Shown: positions 1 through 7,466 of the stretch, in pieces
How the letters are laid out: each line of letters begins with the position of its first letter
Numbering within the stretch: the first letter of the stretch is position 1
DNA from: Candidatus Heimdallarchaeota archaeon
Lineage (GTDB): Archaea; Asgardarchaeota; Heimdallarchaeia; Heimdallarchaeales; Kariarchaeaceae
Length of the DNA stretch: 15,364 bases
Assembly: GCA_015523565.1 (NCBI GenBank)
Contig: WAKA01000077.1
Location: 1-15,364 of the forward strand
Direction: 5' to 3'
Notes under the pieces: generated by a model
Seen by the model: the letters and a program-made list of their open reading frames with translations, nothing else
Databases searched by the model: none
What the model was told of the DNA's origin: nothing
Position numbers and translations under genes: made by a program

Positions 1-13
1 ATCATAATTTGAA

Positions 14-364
14 ATGGTTAAACCCAATATTCATGGAAATGCTGACAGCATATTAATCAAATGGAAAATTGATGACACTGACTATAAAGCAGGAGAGATT
101 TTGATATTGATTTTTGTTTCCATATTTTACATTTTGACCATTGCAACCTTGTTTGGGCATTTTCCCTTTTTTCTATTGATTTTTGTACCACCAGTTTCCA
201 GATTGAATGTGGATTGGAAGCAATCATTGCCAATTTTTGGGGAGATTGCTGATGCAATCAAGTCATTTGAATGGAACAGTTCTTCTTCTTTTGCACTCAT
301 AGTTGTTTTATTCATTGCCGCTTTTGAAATATCATTTTTGGTTTTCTTGATTTACCTGATTTGA
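14..364 (+). CDS. Hypothetical small membrane protein (116 aa, about 2 hydrophobic segments)
   Basis: ORF bounded by an in-frame TAA at 5-7; hydrophobic stretches ILILIFVSIFYILTIATLFGHFPFFLLIFV and FALIVVLFIAAFEISFLVFLIYLI; no family motif recognised. Confidence 0.5.
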   Translation: MVKPNIHGNADSILIKWKIDDTDYKAGEILILIFVSIFYILTIATLFGHFPFFLLIFVPPVSRLNVDWKQSLPIFGEIADAIKSFEWNSSSSFALIVVLFIAAFEISFLVFLIYLI

Positions 365-367
365 GGG

Positions 368-375
368 TTTTATAT
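368..375 (+). promoter_or_regulatory. Putative archaeal TATA box for the DUF423 gene
   Basis: TTTTATAT lies 23-30 nt upstream of ATG 398, preceded by purine-rich GAGGG; spacing fits a leaderless archaeal transcript. AT-rich background limits confidence. Confidence 0.35.
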
Positions 376-397
376 TCTCAATTATTTAAACAGATTT

Positions 398-757
398 ATG
401 TGGATAATTGTTGGTGCTGTTTTAGCGGCTTTAGGTGTAATTTCTGGAGCTTTCGGAGCACATATCCTGAAAGGAACATTGACTCCTGAATTAATGGAAA
501 CTTATGAAACAGCAGTGCGTTATCAAATGTATCATTCACTTGGTTTGATTTTAATTGGAATATTGGAAAGAATACAGGCATCCTCAAACATTCACAATTC
601 AGGTTGGCTATTGTTTTTGGGAACAATTTTCTTTTCTGGAAGTCTTTATGTTTTAGTATTCACTAATTTGAAATTTTTTGGTGCAATTACACCCATTGGT
701 GGCTTACTTATGATATCTGGATGGATTTTGCTTGCATATGGTGTCTACAGACTTTAA
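398..757 (+). CDS. DUF423 (YgdD/TMEM256-like) small membrane protein
   Basis: Family motifs GAFGAH, TAVRYQMYH, FSGSLY and GAITPIGG; four hydrophobic segments in 119 aa. Confidence 0.92.
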   Translation: MWIIVGAVLAALGVISGAFGAHILKGTLTPELMETYETAVRYQMYHSLGLILIGILERIQASSNIHNSGWLLFLGTIFFSGSLYVLVFTNLKFFGAITPIGGLLMISGWILLAYGVYRL

Positions 758-1927
758 TTAGAATTCAAGATCACGGATTCTTTGTGCCGCTTCCCGTAAT
801 TTTTCTTCTGAGGCACTACCAAAACTAATTCTGAAGTGATCCTTTCTGCTGTTTCCAAATTCCGAACCGGGAACTGTGACTACTTTTGCTTCTGAAAACA
901 CTTTTTCTGACCAGAATTCACCGGGATTTTCTGCCTCTATATTTTTGACTTTCGGGAATGCATAAAATGATCCTTCAACCTTAGGAACTTCCAATCCATC
1001 TATTTTATTGAATTCATCTTGTGCAACCTTTGCACGTGTCTCCATAGTCTTTCGTAAATGATCCCTGAATTCCCTGTCTTCGTTTGTGCCTATGAATTCT
1101 GCCAAAGCCCACTGCGGAAGGCTTGGTGAATTTGCCATTATAAAAGGATGAAGTTTGGCAATTGGTTCCATAAGTCTTGCTTCACCAATTCCATAGCCTA
1201 ATCTCCAACCAGGGATGCAGTAGGTTTTGCTGAATGAGTTTAGAGTAACTGTGTTTTCAGGCGCATATCTTGCCACTGGTTCGTGTTTCTGTCCATTAAA
1301 GACCATAAATTCATATACTTCATCAGAGAGAATGATGATGTCGTTATCAATGGCGATTTCAGCAATACCTTTCAAAACTTCTTTCTTTTGGATTGATCCA
1401 GTTGGGTTACTTGGACTGTTCATGATTATCATTTTTGTCTTGTCTGTTACAGCTTCATTCACTTTATCAGGAGACATCTGGAAATTGTCATCTAGAGAAA
1501 TATGTATGGGGTTTGCTCCCATGATTAACGGAATTGTAGGATAATACACAAATCCAGGATCTGGAATAATGATTTCGTCACCAGGATCTGTCATTGCCAT
1601 GATAGAGGTAAACATCAGTTGCGTACCTCCAGCAGTAACGACCACCCCATCTGTATTGAAATCTAAATCATAAAGTTCCTTATATTGATTGATTAATTTT
1701 TCCCTAAGCTGTGGAATGCCTGAATTCAGTACATATGAACTTGTCTTCTGTCCAGCAATTTTTGCCATTATCTCCAACAACTTTTCAGGTGGAGGAATAT
1801 CGGGGGCACCGATACCCAATGAAATAACTCCTTCCAATCCTTGAGCCCTCGCAAACATTTTTCTAATTCCAGAAGGAACAATTTGATCAAGTCGATGTGA
1901 TTGCTGATAAATCTTCCTCTCAGTCAC
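758..1927 (-). CDS. Pyridoxal-phosphate-dependent aminotransferase, class I/II (aspartate/aromatic aminotransferase-like)
   Basis: NSPSNPTG, SDEVY, SFSKTYCIPGWRLGY (PLP-binding Lys), GSFYAFP and VPGSEFG...FRISF; 389 aa, GTG start. Substrate cannot be assigned from sequence. Confidence 0.95.
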   Translation of the reverse strand: MTERKIYQQSHRLDQIVPSGIRKMFARAQGLEGVISLGIGAPDIPPPEKLLEIMAKIAGQKTSSYVLNSGIPQLREKLINQYKELYDLDFNTDGVVVTAGGTQLMFTSIMAMTDPGDEIIIPDPGFVYYPTIPLIMGANPIHISLDDNFQMSPDKVNEAVTDKTKMIIMNSPSNPTGSIQKKEVLKGIAEIAIDNDIIILSDEVYEFMVFNGQKHEPVARYAPENTVTLNSFSKTYCIPGWRLGYGIGEARLMEPIAKLHPFIMANSPSLPQWALAEFIGTNEDREFRDHLRKTMETRAKVAQDEFNKIDGLEVPKVEGSFYAFPKVKNIEAENPGEFWSEKVFSEAKVVTVPGSEFGNSRKDHFRISFGSASEEKLREAAQRIRDLEF

Positions 1928-1946
1928 AAGTAAACATGGTCAGGAA

Positions 1947-1955
1947 TTTAAAAAA
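1947..1955 (-). promoter_or_regulatory. Putative TATA box for the aminotransferase gene
   Basis: Minus strand reads TTTTTTAAA, 20-28 nt upstream of the GTG at 1927. Confidence 0.3.
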
Positions 1956-2022
1956 CAAAAAGAAATTCTAGTCAGAGAATGCTTAATTTCTCCATAATTT
2001 TTAACAAATTTTTTTCTTGATT

Positions 2023-2038
2023 CAGAAATATCATAAAA
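2023..2038 (+). promoter_or_regulatory. Putative BRE-TATA promoter for the macrodomain gene
   Basis: CAGAAA (BRE-like) followed by TCATAAAA, 22-29 nt upstream of GTG 2060. Confidence 0.3.
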
Positions 2039-2059
2039 TCTCATTGAATAACATCGCAT

Positions 2060-2602
2060 GTGATTACAAGACATGTTTTTCAAACTGATTTGACACTCAA
2101 AAAAGGGGACATTACTGAGGAAAGCACAGATGCGATAGTAAATGCAGCCAATGAGCACTTGATGCACGGAGGAGGAGTTGCATATGCCATAGCAAAAAAG
2201 GCAGGTTCAATTTTGGAAGAAGAATCAAGAGGAATCGGTTATGTCCCTACAGGATCTGCTGCAATCACCTCTGGTGGAAATCTTCCTGCAAAATACGTGA
2301 TCCATGCGGTTGGACCAGTATGGAGAGGTGGAAAATCCAATGAGCCCCAACTTCTTAGATCCGCAATTCGCTCAAGCTTGGAATTGGCAAAAAAGCATGA
2401 ACTAAAGTCAATAAGTTTTCCTGCCATTTCAACAGGAATTTTTGGTTATCCCTTAAAAAATGCGGCAAGGGAAATGCTGTCAGAAACATTACAATTTTTG
2501 AGGGAAAACCCTGGTGAGCTGAAACTGGTACAATTTGTCCTGTTTACGGATCTTGACTTTGAGACATTTAAACAAGAATTAGTACAACTGATTCCGGAAT
2601 GA
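2060..2602 (+). CDS. Macro domain protein (MacroD/YmdB-like ADP-ribose glycohydrolase / O-acetyl-ADP-ribose deacetylase)
   Basis: GDIT, DAIVNAAN, HGGGVAYAI, VIHAVGP and SISFPAISTGIFGYP are canonical MacroD-type motifs. Confidence 0.95.
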   Translation: MITRHVFQTDLTLKKGDITEESTDAIVNAANEHLMHGGGVAYAIAKKAGSILEEESRGIGYVPTGSAAITSGGNLPAKYVIHAVGPVWRGGKSNEPQLLRSAIRSSLELAKKHELKSISFPAISTGIFGYPLKNAAREMLSETLQFLRENPGELKLVQFVLFTDLDFETFKQELVQLIPE

Positions 2603-2643
2603 CTTGTATATTTACTTTAAAATTGAAACTTTATTGTTTAAAT

Positions 2644-3627
2644 ATGGTAGATCTCAATGCTATCTTTCCATTCATTACAACAACTGTCTCACTCATGTTT
2701 TTCATTGGGGTTTTAGAACAGTACAAAAGGAAAAGGAAAATCCACCAACTAATATGGGCAATTGCCATGTTGCTGTTCTTTTTGACAGCAGGGGCAGAAG
2801 CTCTTGCTATTGCCATTAAATCTTGGAATCCAACCATATTCAAGATATATTATGTTTTGGCGGCTATTCAAGTTCCTTTTATGGGAGGAGGAGTTCTTTA
2901 TCTATTTGCAGAAAGAAATGTCATCAATTCACGGAATTCATGGAAGGCATTTTTGATATTCAGTTTCTTCTGGGGACTTTTTGGGTTTTTATTCAGTACA
3001 AGGGATCCAATTTTCAATACTTTTTTCATTATTGCAATTTTGCTGTCTGCATTGTCAATAATTTATGCAATTTCCCCATCAAAAACTGCTTTCAAACAAT
3101 GGTGGCAAGAAACTTTTGATGGATGGATGTTTGCCCATGTATTTATGGCTGTTTCCCTTCTTGCCTTCATATTGATGGCATACTATGCATTGATAACCCC
3201 TGTCAACCTAGAAATTCTGAAACATGGCGGTGAAGTCTCTGGATTGCCATGGCAAAGCAATCCAAGTGACTTAAGTGAACCAAGGGCTGTCGTAAGATTA
3301 TTTTCTCCTCTTCAAACAGTCCCAGGAGGTGTTGCCTTGATTGGTGGCGGTTTTTACTCATATATTGCATGGCAGAGGTCAATAAAACAAAACACAGGAA
3401 AATACCAGTGGAAAACAGGAATCTATAATATTTATATAGCACTAGGTGCGCTTGTTCTTGCTCAAGGTGCATTTTTTTCGGGATTTGGATTGGGTACACT
3501 GTATATCAGTGAAACAATTTCAGTTACGTTAATGTATTTTGGATTTTTGGAATCCGATAAAATTACAAAGGAACTTCTGCTCAGACCCTTTAAATGGAGA
3601 AAAAATATTACAGCCAGTTCACCCTGA
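2644..3627 (+). CDS. Uncharacterised polytopic membrane protein (about 9 TM segments)
   Basis: ORF is open from 2599; ATG 2644 (MVDLNAIF) is preferred because a TTTAAAA box lies about 22-28 nt upstream. About 9 hydrophobic segments by eye, with a basic loop QYKRKRKIHQ after the first. Confidence 0.8.
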   Translation: MVDLNAIFPFITTTVSLMFFIGVLEQYKRKRKIHQLIWAIAMLLFFLTAGAEALAIAIKSWNPTIFKIYYVLAAIQVPFMGGGVLYLFAERNVINSRNSWKAFLIFSFFWGLFGFLFSTRDPIFNTFFIIAILLSALSIIYAISPSKTAFKQWWQETFDGWMFAHVFMAVSLLAFILMAYYALITPVNLEILKHGGEVSGLPWQSNPSDLSEPRAVVRLFSPLQTVPGGVALIGGGFYSYIAWQRSIKQNTGKYQWKTGIYNIYIALGALVLAQGAFFSGFGLGTLYISETISVTLMYFGFLESDKITKELLLRPFKWRKNITASSP

Positions 3628-4422
3628 ACTATTCCATAATTGTTCAAATAACCAATCAAATTGCTTGACCAACCAAATATTGGTTGAACGAATAATTACG
3701 GAATCCAATGTTGCAGTTTCACCTGAAAGGATTATGTAGAGTATATTATCTAATATGACGAAAGGAACTTCCAGATTTGCATTGAAATTTATATTGAACT
3801 TGATATCACCAGAGAAAAAGAGATCCAACTTTTTGCGCAGGTTCTGTGCAACATGCTCAGTCTTTACCAAATACTTGACTTCAACTTTTTTCCTGAAAAT
3901 ATCGCCCAAAAGTTTTCCACTTTTGCTCCAATCTATCACTGTTTTTCGGGAAGCGGCGGCAATCAAGACTCTCTCATTGACTTGTCTTATATCTTCCAAA
4001 AAATTTTCCTCCCCCACTTCAAATGTTGTAATCATCAAATCCCCAGTTTGACTGCTTGAAAGAGTGTTCTGCCATTTCTTGCTCAGAATTGTCCCCAATT
4101 CAGACATTTTTTCGATTTTTTGTGCAGACCTTACTTGTTCTTTTTCTATAAGAGATTCAATAACCTGCCGTGGATGAATGACCCTATAGGATTTGGGAAG
4201 GTTGCCCCTTTTTTGGTGTTCAATCAACCCATCTAGCTCCATGTTTTTCAAAATTTCATAAATTCTCGACAATGGAATATGGCATGTCTGCTGTAATTGT
4301 TTTACATCCATTTCACCATTTGAAAGCAATGCAGAATAAATTTTCGCGGCATTTTTTGATAGACCCAAAACATGAGACAAGCCTTCCTCTATGGACACAA
4401 GATCAATGACTATTCTCTTCAA
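3619..4422 (-). CDS. TrmB-family transcriptional regulator (N-terminal winged HTH, C-terminal effector-binding domain)
   Basis: LGLSKNAAKIYSALL...IPLSRIYEILKNMELDGLIE...PKSYRVIHP matches the TrmB HTH pattern, followed by a coiled-coil linker and a C-terminal domain ending FEQLWN. The TTG start is uncertain; it lies 2 bp after the PHP stop. Confidence 0.88.
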   Translation of the reverse strand: MKRIVIDLVSIEEGLSHVLGLSKNAAKIYSALLSNGEMDVKQLQQTCHIPLSRIYEILKNMELDGLIEHQKRGNLPKSYRVIHPRQVIESLIEKEQVRSAQKIEKMSELGTILSKKWQNTLSSSQTGDLMITTFEVGEENFLEDIRQVNERVLIAAASRKTVIDWSKSGKLLGDIFRKKVEVKYLVKTEHVAQNLRKKLDLFFSGDIKFNINFNANLEVPFVILDNILYIILSGETATLDSVIIRSTNIWLVKQFDWLFEQLWNSSG

Positions 4423-4424
4423 GA

Positions 4425-5336
4425 TTAAGATTTTGGAAGTATCTGCACTTGAATTCCCACTTTTTCAAAAAATTTCTGGACATGTTCCAAAGGAATTTCC
4501 ATTCCTAAAACACCAACATCCCCATGAAAATCACCCCCTGCTGTAATAACAAGATCCTTATTTCTCTTTGCAATTTCCCAAAGAAATGTACTGCCTTCTT
4601 TTTCAAAGTCAGGGGAAATCTTGTATTTTTGGGTATAATCATAGTATAATTCAAACCCGTCAATCCCATATTTGCGTAAATAACCAGTCACTTCTTTCAA
4701 AGCACTCATGTCTTTCCTTGCATGCAGGGGGTGTGCCCATATGATGATTCCACCAATCCTATGAATTAAATCAATCCATTCTGAAAATTTCAAAGTGAAC
4801 CTTTCAACTGCTAATGGTTTTCCGTCAGCCAAGTAATTGTCAAATGCCTCCTTTAGGTCTTGAACATATCCTTTTTTCACAAGAACCCTTCCTAAATGTG
4901 GTCGTGAGATTACATCCGTTGGCTGTTCATTGTTGTCCCCTGATGCTTCCTTTAGCACCTCTTCAAACGTTACTTCAAATCCAAATTGATTAGCCCTCTC
5001 AATCATTTTCTTCATTCGATAATATCTAGAATTCTGAATTTTATCCAAAACGGAAATCAAATCAGGATGTTGTGCAGTTTGTATGTCTGGAAAAAATGCA
5101 AGCAGGTGTACCTTTTGCCCCAATACCTTTGTGGAAATTTCCATTCCTGCAATCAAGATACCTTCAAACAAGTTATTGGATGAATTCAACTGAAATGCCT
5201 CGACACTTCCTTTCAAATTGTCATGATCCGTAATGGAAAGAATCTTGATGCCTTTCTCATTTGCTTTCCTCAATATTTCCTCAACAGTCCATGTCCCATC
5301 AGAATTTGTGGAATGACAATGTAAATCAATTAACAC
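4425..5336 (-). CDS. PHP-domain metal-dependent phosphoesterase (TrpH/YciV-like)
   Basis: DLHCHSTNSDG, ITDHD, GMEIST, VHLL, RPHLGRVLV, AHP, GIDGFELYY and TAGGDFHG motifs; probably co-transcribed with the TrmB-family gene. Confidence 0.93.
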   Translation of the reverse strand: MLIDLHCHSTNSDGTWTVEEILRKANEKGIKILSITDHDNLKGSVEAFQLNSSNNLFEGILIAGMEISTKVLGQKVHLLAFFPDIQTAQHPDLISVLDKIQNSRYYRMKKMIERANQFGFEVTFEEVLKEASGDNNEQPTDVISRPHLGRVLVKKGYVQDLKEAFDNYLADGKPLAVERFTLKFSEWIDLIHRIGGIIIWAHPLHARKDMSALKEVTGYLRKYGIDGFELYYDYTQKYKISPDFEKEGSTFLWEIAKRNKDLVITAGGDFHGDVGVLGMEIPLEHVQKFFEKVGIQVQILPKS

Positions 5337-5430
5337 ATGATTTGGTAAGAAGTAAACTTTATGAAAAATTCTGTAAGAACACTTGCCAAAGAAAAATTAT
5401 ATTAAAATACTAATCTTTCAAATAATTACT

Positions 5431-5796
5431 GTGGAAATAATCAAAAATTACAATGAAGTCAAATGGATTTCAGAAAAAGACCCTGAAGTTATGCAAAAAA
5501 CAATAATTGGAATGGATATCTGCAAGTCCAGCAATATAAGAATCATAAAAATGAGACCTGGAAGAAAAGCCATCCCGCATGGTCATGAGCAACTTCAAGT
5601 CTATTACATTCTACAAGGCAAGGCAAAAGTAAGAATCGAATCAAATATTTATGATGTTGAAGAAAATTTTCGGATAATTATCAAACCGAATCAAATTCAC
5701 TCTGTTGAGGCAATTGGTGATAAAGAACTCATTCTTTTAATTTTTGATGAATTTGACCTTTGTCTAGATTTCAATTCACCCTATGTTGACTATTAA
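5431..5796 (+). CDS. Cupin-domain protein
   Basis: Cupin motif 1 G-x5-HGH-x3-Q-x6-G and motif 2 KPNQIHSV. ORF is open from TTG 5383, but GTG 5431 is a plausible start; the start is uncertain. Confidence 0.8.
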   Translation: MEIIKNYNEVKWISEKDPEVMQKTIIGMDICKSSNIRIIKMRPGRKAIPHGHEQLQVYYILQGKAKVRIESNIYDVEENFRIIIKPNQIHSVEAIGDKELILLIFDEFDLCLDFNSPYVDY

Positions 5797-6731
5797 TTGG
5801 TAATCGTCCCAACCTCATGGACATAAGACATCCGATAATCAAATGCATCTAGTTTTATTAGTTGGGATATTGCAAGAACAATTATTTCTTCCTCCAATTC
5901 ACTGTAATTCAATATTTCATCCTCCAAAATTTCCTGAATGTCTGCCATTGTAAACTTGTCATATTCCTTCAGCTTTTTGGCAATTCTTTTAATGTCATTT
6001 GTATCCAATCCAGGGACTTTCAGATTTGCCTTGCTGTTGATGATTATGTCCATTGACGGCTTATAGGGTATCAATACAGAGGATTTGTCTAAAAGTACCG
6101 CCAATATGTCTTCTTCAGTCTTTGTCAATGGTGAATAACAATTCAAATCAATATATCGCAACACCTCAGGAACCAAATCCACATGTAAATCCGAGGCAAG
6201 TTCCATCGATTTTACAAATGCCTGTATCCAATTCACCATATTTGCAATCAATATTTCATTTTCTTCAGGACTTGATGCGGGCGTCACTTTACATACAATT
6301 GTGTCCAATGGACTTTCAATAGTTATTTGGGTATTGTTCTCAGATGATTCAGCCCTATTCTCCAAAACAAATTTCAATTTGTTTCCCTTTGATTCCAATT
6401 CCAGTCTCGACCATGAATTCCATTTGTGCCTAGTGTTCAATTCCTTGATTTTTCTTGTCGGAATTGGCAAGGCAAAACCTGTAGACTTTTTCTTTTCGAT
6501 ATTTATCACATCATTGGTACGCACATGAAAATTATGGTCAACATAAATTTTGACCCCATGTAAGTCATGTTTATCCTCCCCTGATGTGTGGGTGTCTATA
6601 TAAGAGGCAAGACCATTTGATCCGAGCTCATGTCGATTCAAATGGACTTCTCGATCAATATATACCCTTCTTTTTCTTTTACAATAACCACAAAGGTAAT
6701 GGATTTCTTGTAAGGAGGAGGTATTCATCAT
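5793..6731 (-). CDS. Hypothetical protein with an N-terminal CxxC...H...H putative zinc-binding module and a possible C-terminal helical/winged-helix region
   Basis: 312-aa ORF of normal composition; CGYC...YIDTH...LHGVKIYVDHNFHVR; has its own TATA-like box at 6751-6757. Confidence 0.8.
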   Translation of the reverse strand: MMNTSSLQEIHYLCGYCKRKRRVYIDREVHLNRHELGSNGLASYIDTHTSGEDKHDLHGVKIYVDHNFHVRTNDVINIEKKKSTGFALPIPTRKIKELNTRHKWNSWSRLELESKGNKLKFVLENRAESSENNTQITIESPLDTIVCKVTPASSPEENEILIANMVNWIQAFVKSMELASDLHVDLVPEVLRYIDLNCYSPLTKTEEDILAVLLDKSSVLIPYKPSMDIIINSKANLKVPGLDTNDIKRIAKKLKEYDKFTMADIQEILEDEILNYSELEEEIIVLAISQLIKLDAFDYRMSYVHEVGTITN

Positions 6732-6750
6732 AATAGAATTGAAAAAAACA

Positions 6751-6757
6751 ATATAAA
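6751..6757 (-). promoter_or_regulatory. Putative TATA box for the 312-aa CxxC gene
   Basis: Minus strand reads TTTATAT, 20-26 nt upstream of ATG 6731 and 23-29 nt upstream of the second ATG at 6728. Confidence 0.4.
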
Positions 6758-6855
6758 TGGATTTGTTTTTGAATGAAATTTGGCATAGTCTTGTGGAAAT
6801 TTTATTTGAAAAGATGATTTTGCAAACAAGAGTTTTGAATTAAAATGTATCGAGA

Positions 6856-7466
6856 TTGATGTATGGTGCATTAGTGCATGGTGCATTGATGCATGGTGTA
6901 TGGTGCATTGGTGTATGATGTATTGAAGTATGGTGTATTGGTGGATGGTGTATGGTGTATTGATGCATGGTGTATGGTGCATTGGTGTATTAGTGCATGA
7001 TGTATTGATGCATATGTGTATGAGGTATTGATGCTTGGTGTATGGTACATTGGTGTATTAGTGCATGATGTATTGATGCATATGTGTATGAGGTATTGAT
7101 GCTTGGTGTATGGTACATTGGTGTATTAGTGCATGATGTATGGTGTATTGGTGTATGATGTATTGAAGTATGGTGTATTGGTGGATGGTGTATGGCGTAT
7201 GGTGCATTGATGTGTTGATGCATGGTGCATGATGCATTGGTGCATGGTACATTGACGTATTAGTGTATGGCGTATGGTGCATTGATGTATGGCATATGGT
7301 GCATGATGCATTGGTGTATGGCGTATGGTGCATTGATGTATTGATACATGGTGCATGGTGCATTGGTGCATGGTGCATTGGTGTATTAGTGTATGATGTA
7401 TGGCATATGGTGCATGATGCATTGAAGTATTAGTGTATGGTGCATGGTGCATTGACGTATGGTGTA
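6856..7466. repeat. Intergenic degenerate tandem satellite: 82 contiguous 7/8-bp units, consensus (T)TGGTGYA, with higher-order duplications
   Basis: Manual parse tiles all 611 bp without gaps into 45 heptamers and 37 octamers. An exact 68-bp block occurs at 6982-7049 and 7050-7117 (partial third copy to 7140), and an exact 48-bp block at 6908-6955 and 7148-7195. Confidence 0.97.

Noticed and set aside
2060-5336. Macrodomain + membrane protein + TrmB + PHP as an anti-phage defence or toxin-antitoxin system
   Set aside because: The genes lie on opposing strands, no ADP-ribosyltransferase, sirtuin/TIR or nuclease effector is present, and the macrodomain looks like a stand-alone housekeeping MacroD type.
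6728-7452. Four His-rich minus-strand ORFs (84, 77, 106, 108 aa) that could be read as metal-binding peptides; one overlaps the next gene by ATGA
   Set aside because: They occur in all three frames with the same peptide words, as expected from translating a CAY-rich 7/8-bp repeat whose only stops come from TTAG units. Unit lengths and the 68-bp duplication are not multiples of 3, and the downstream gene has its own TATA-like box. Ribosome profiling or proteomics would be needed to revive them.
6856-7466. CRISPR array
   Set aside because: No constant 23-47 bp repeat separated by unique spacers, and no cas genes in the window.
6856-7466. True telomere or eukaryotic contamination
   Set aside because: The array is internal and flanked on both sides by intron-less prokaryote-type genes; similarity to yeast GGTGT-containing repeats is short and may be coincidental. 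A chimeric join cannot be excluded without reads.
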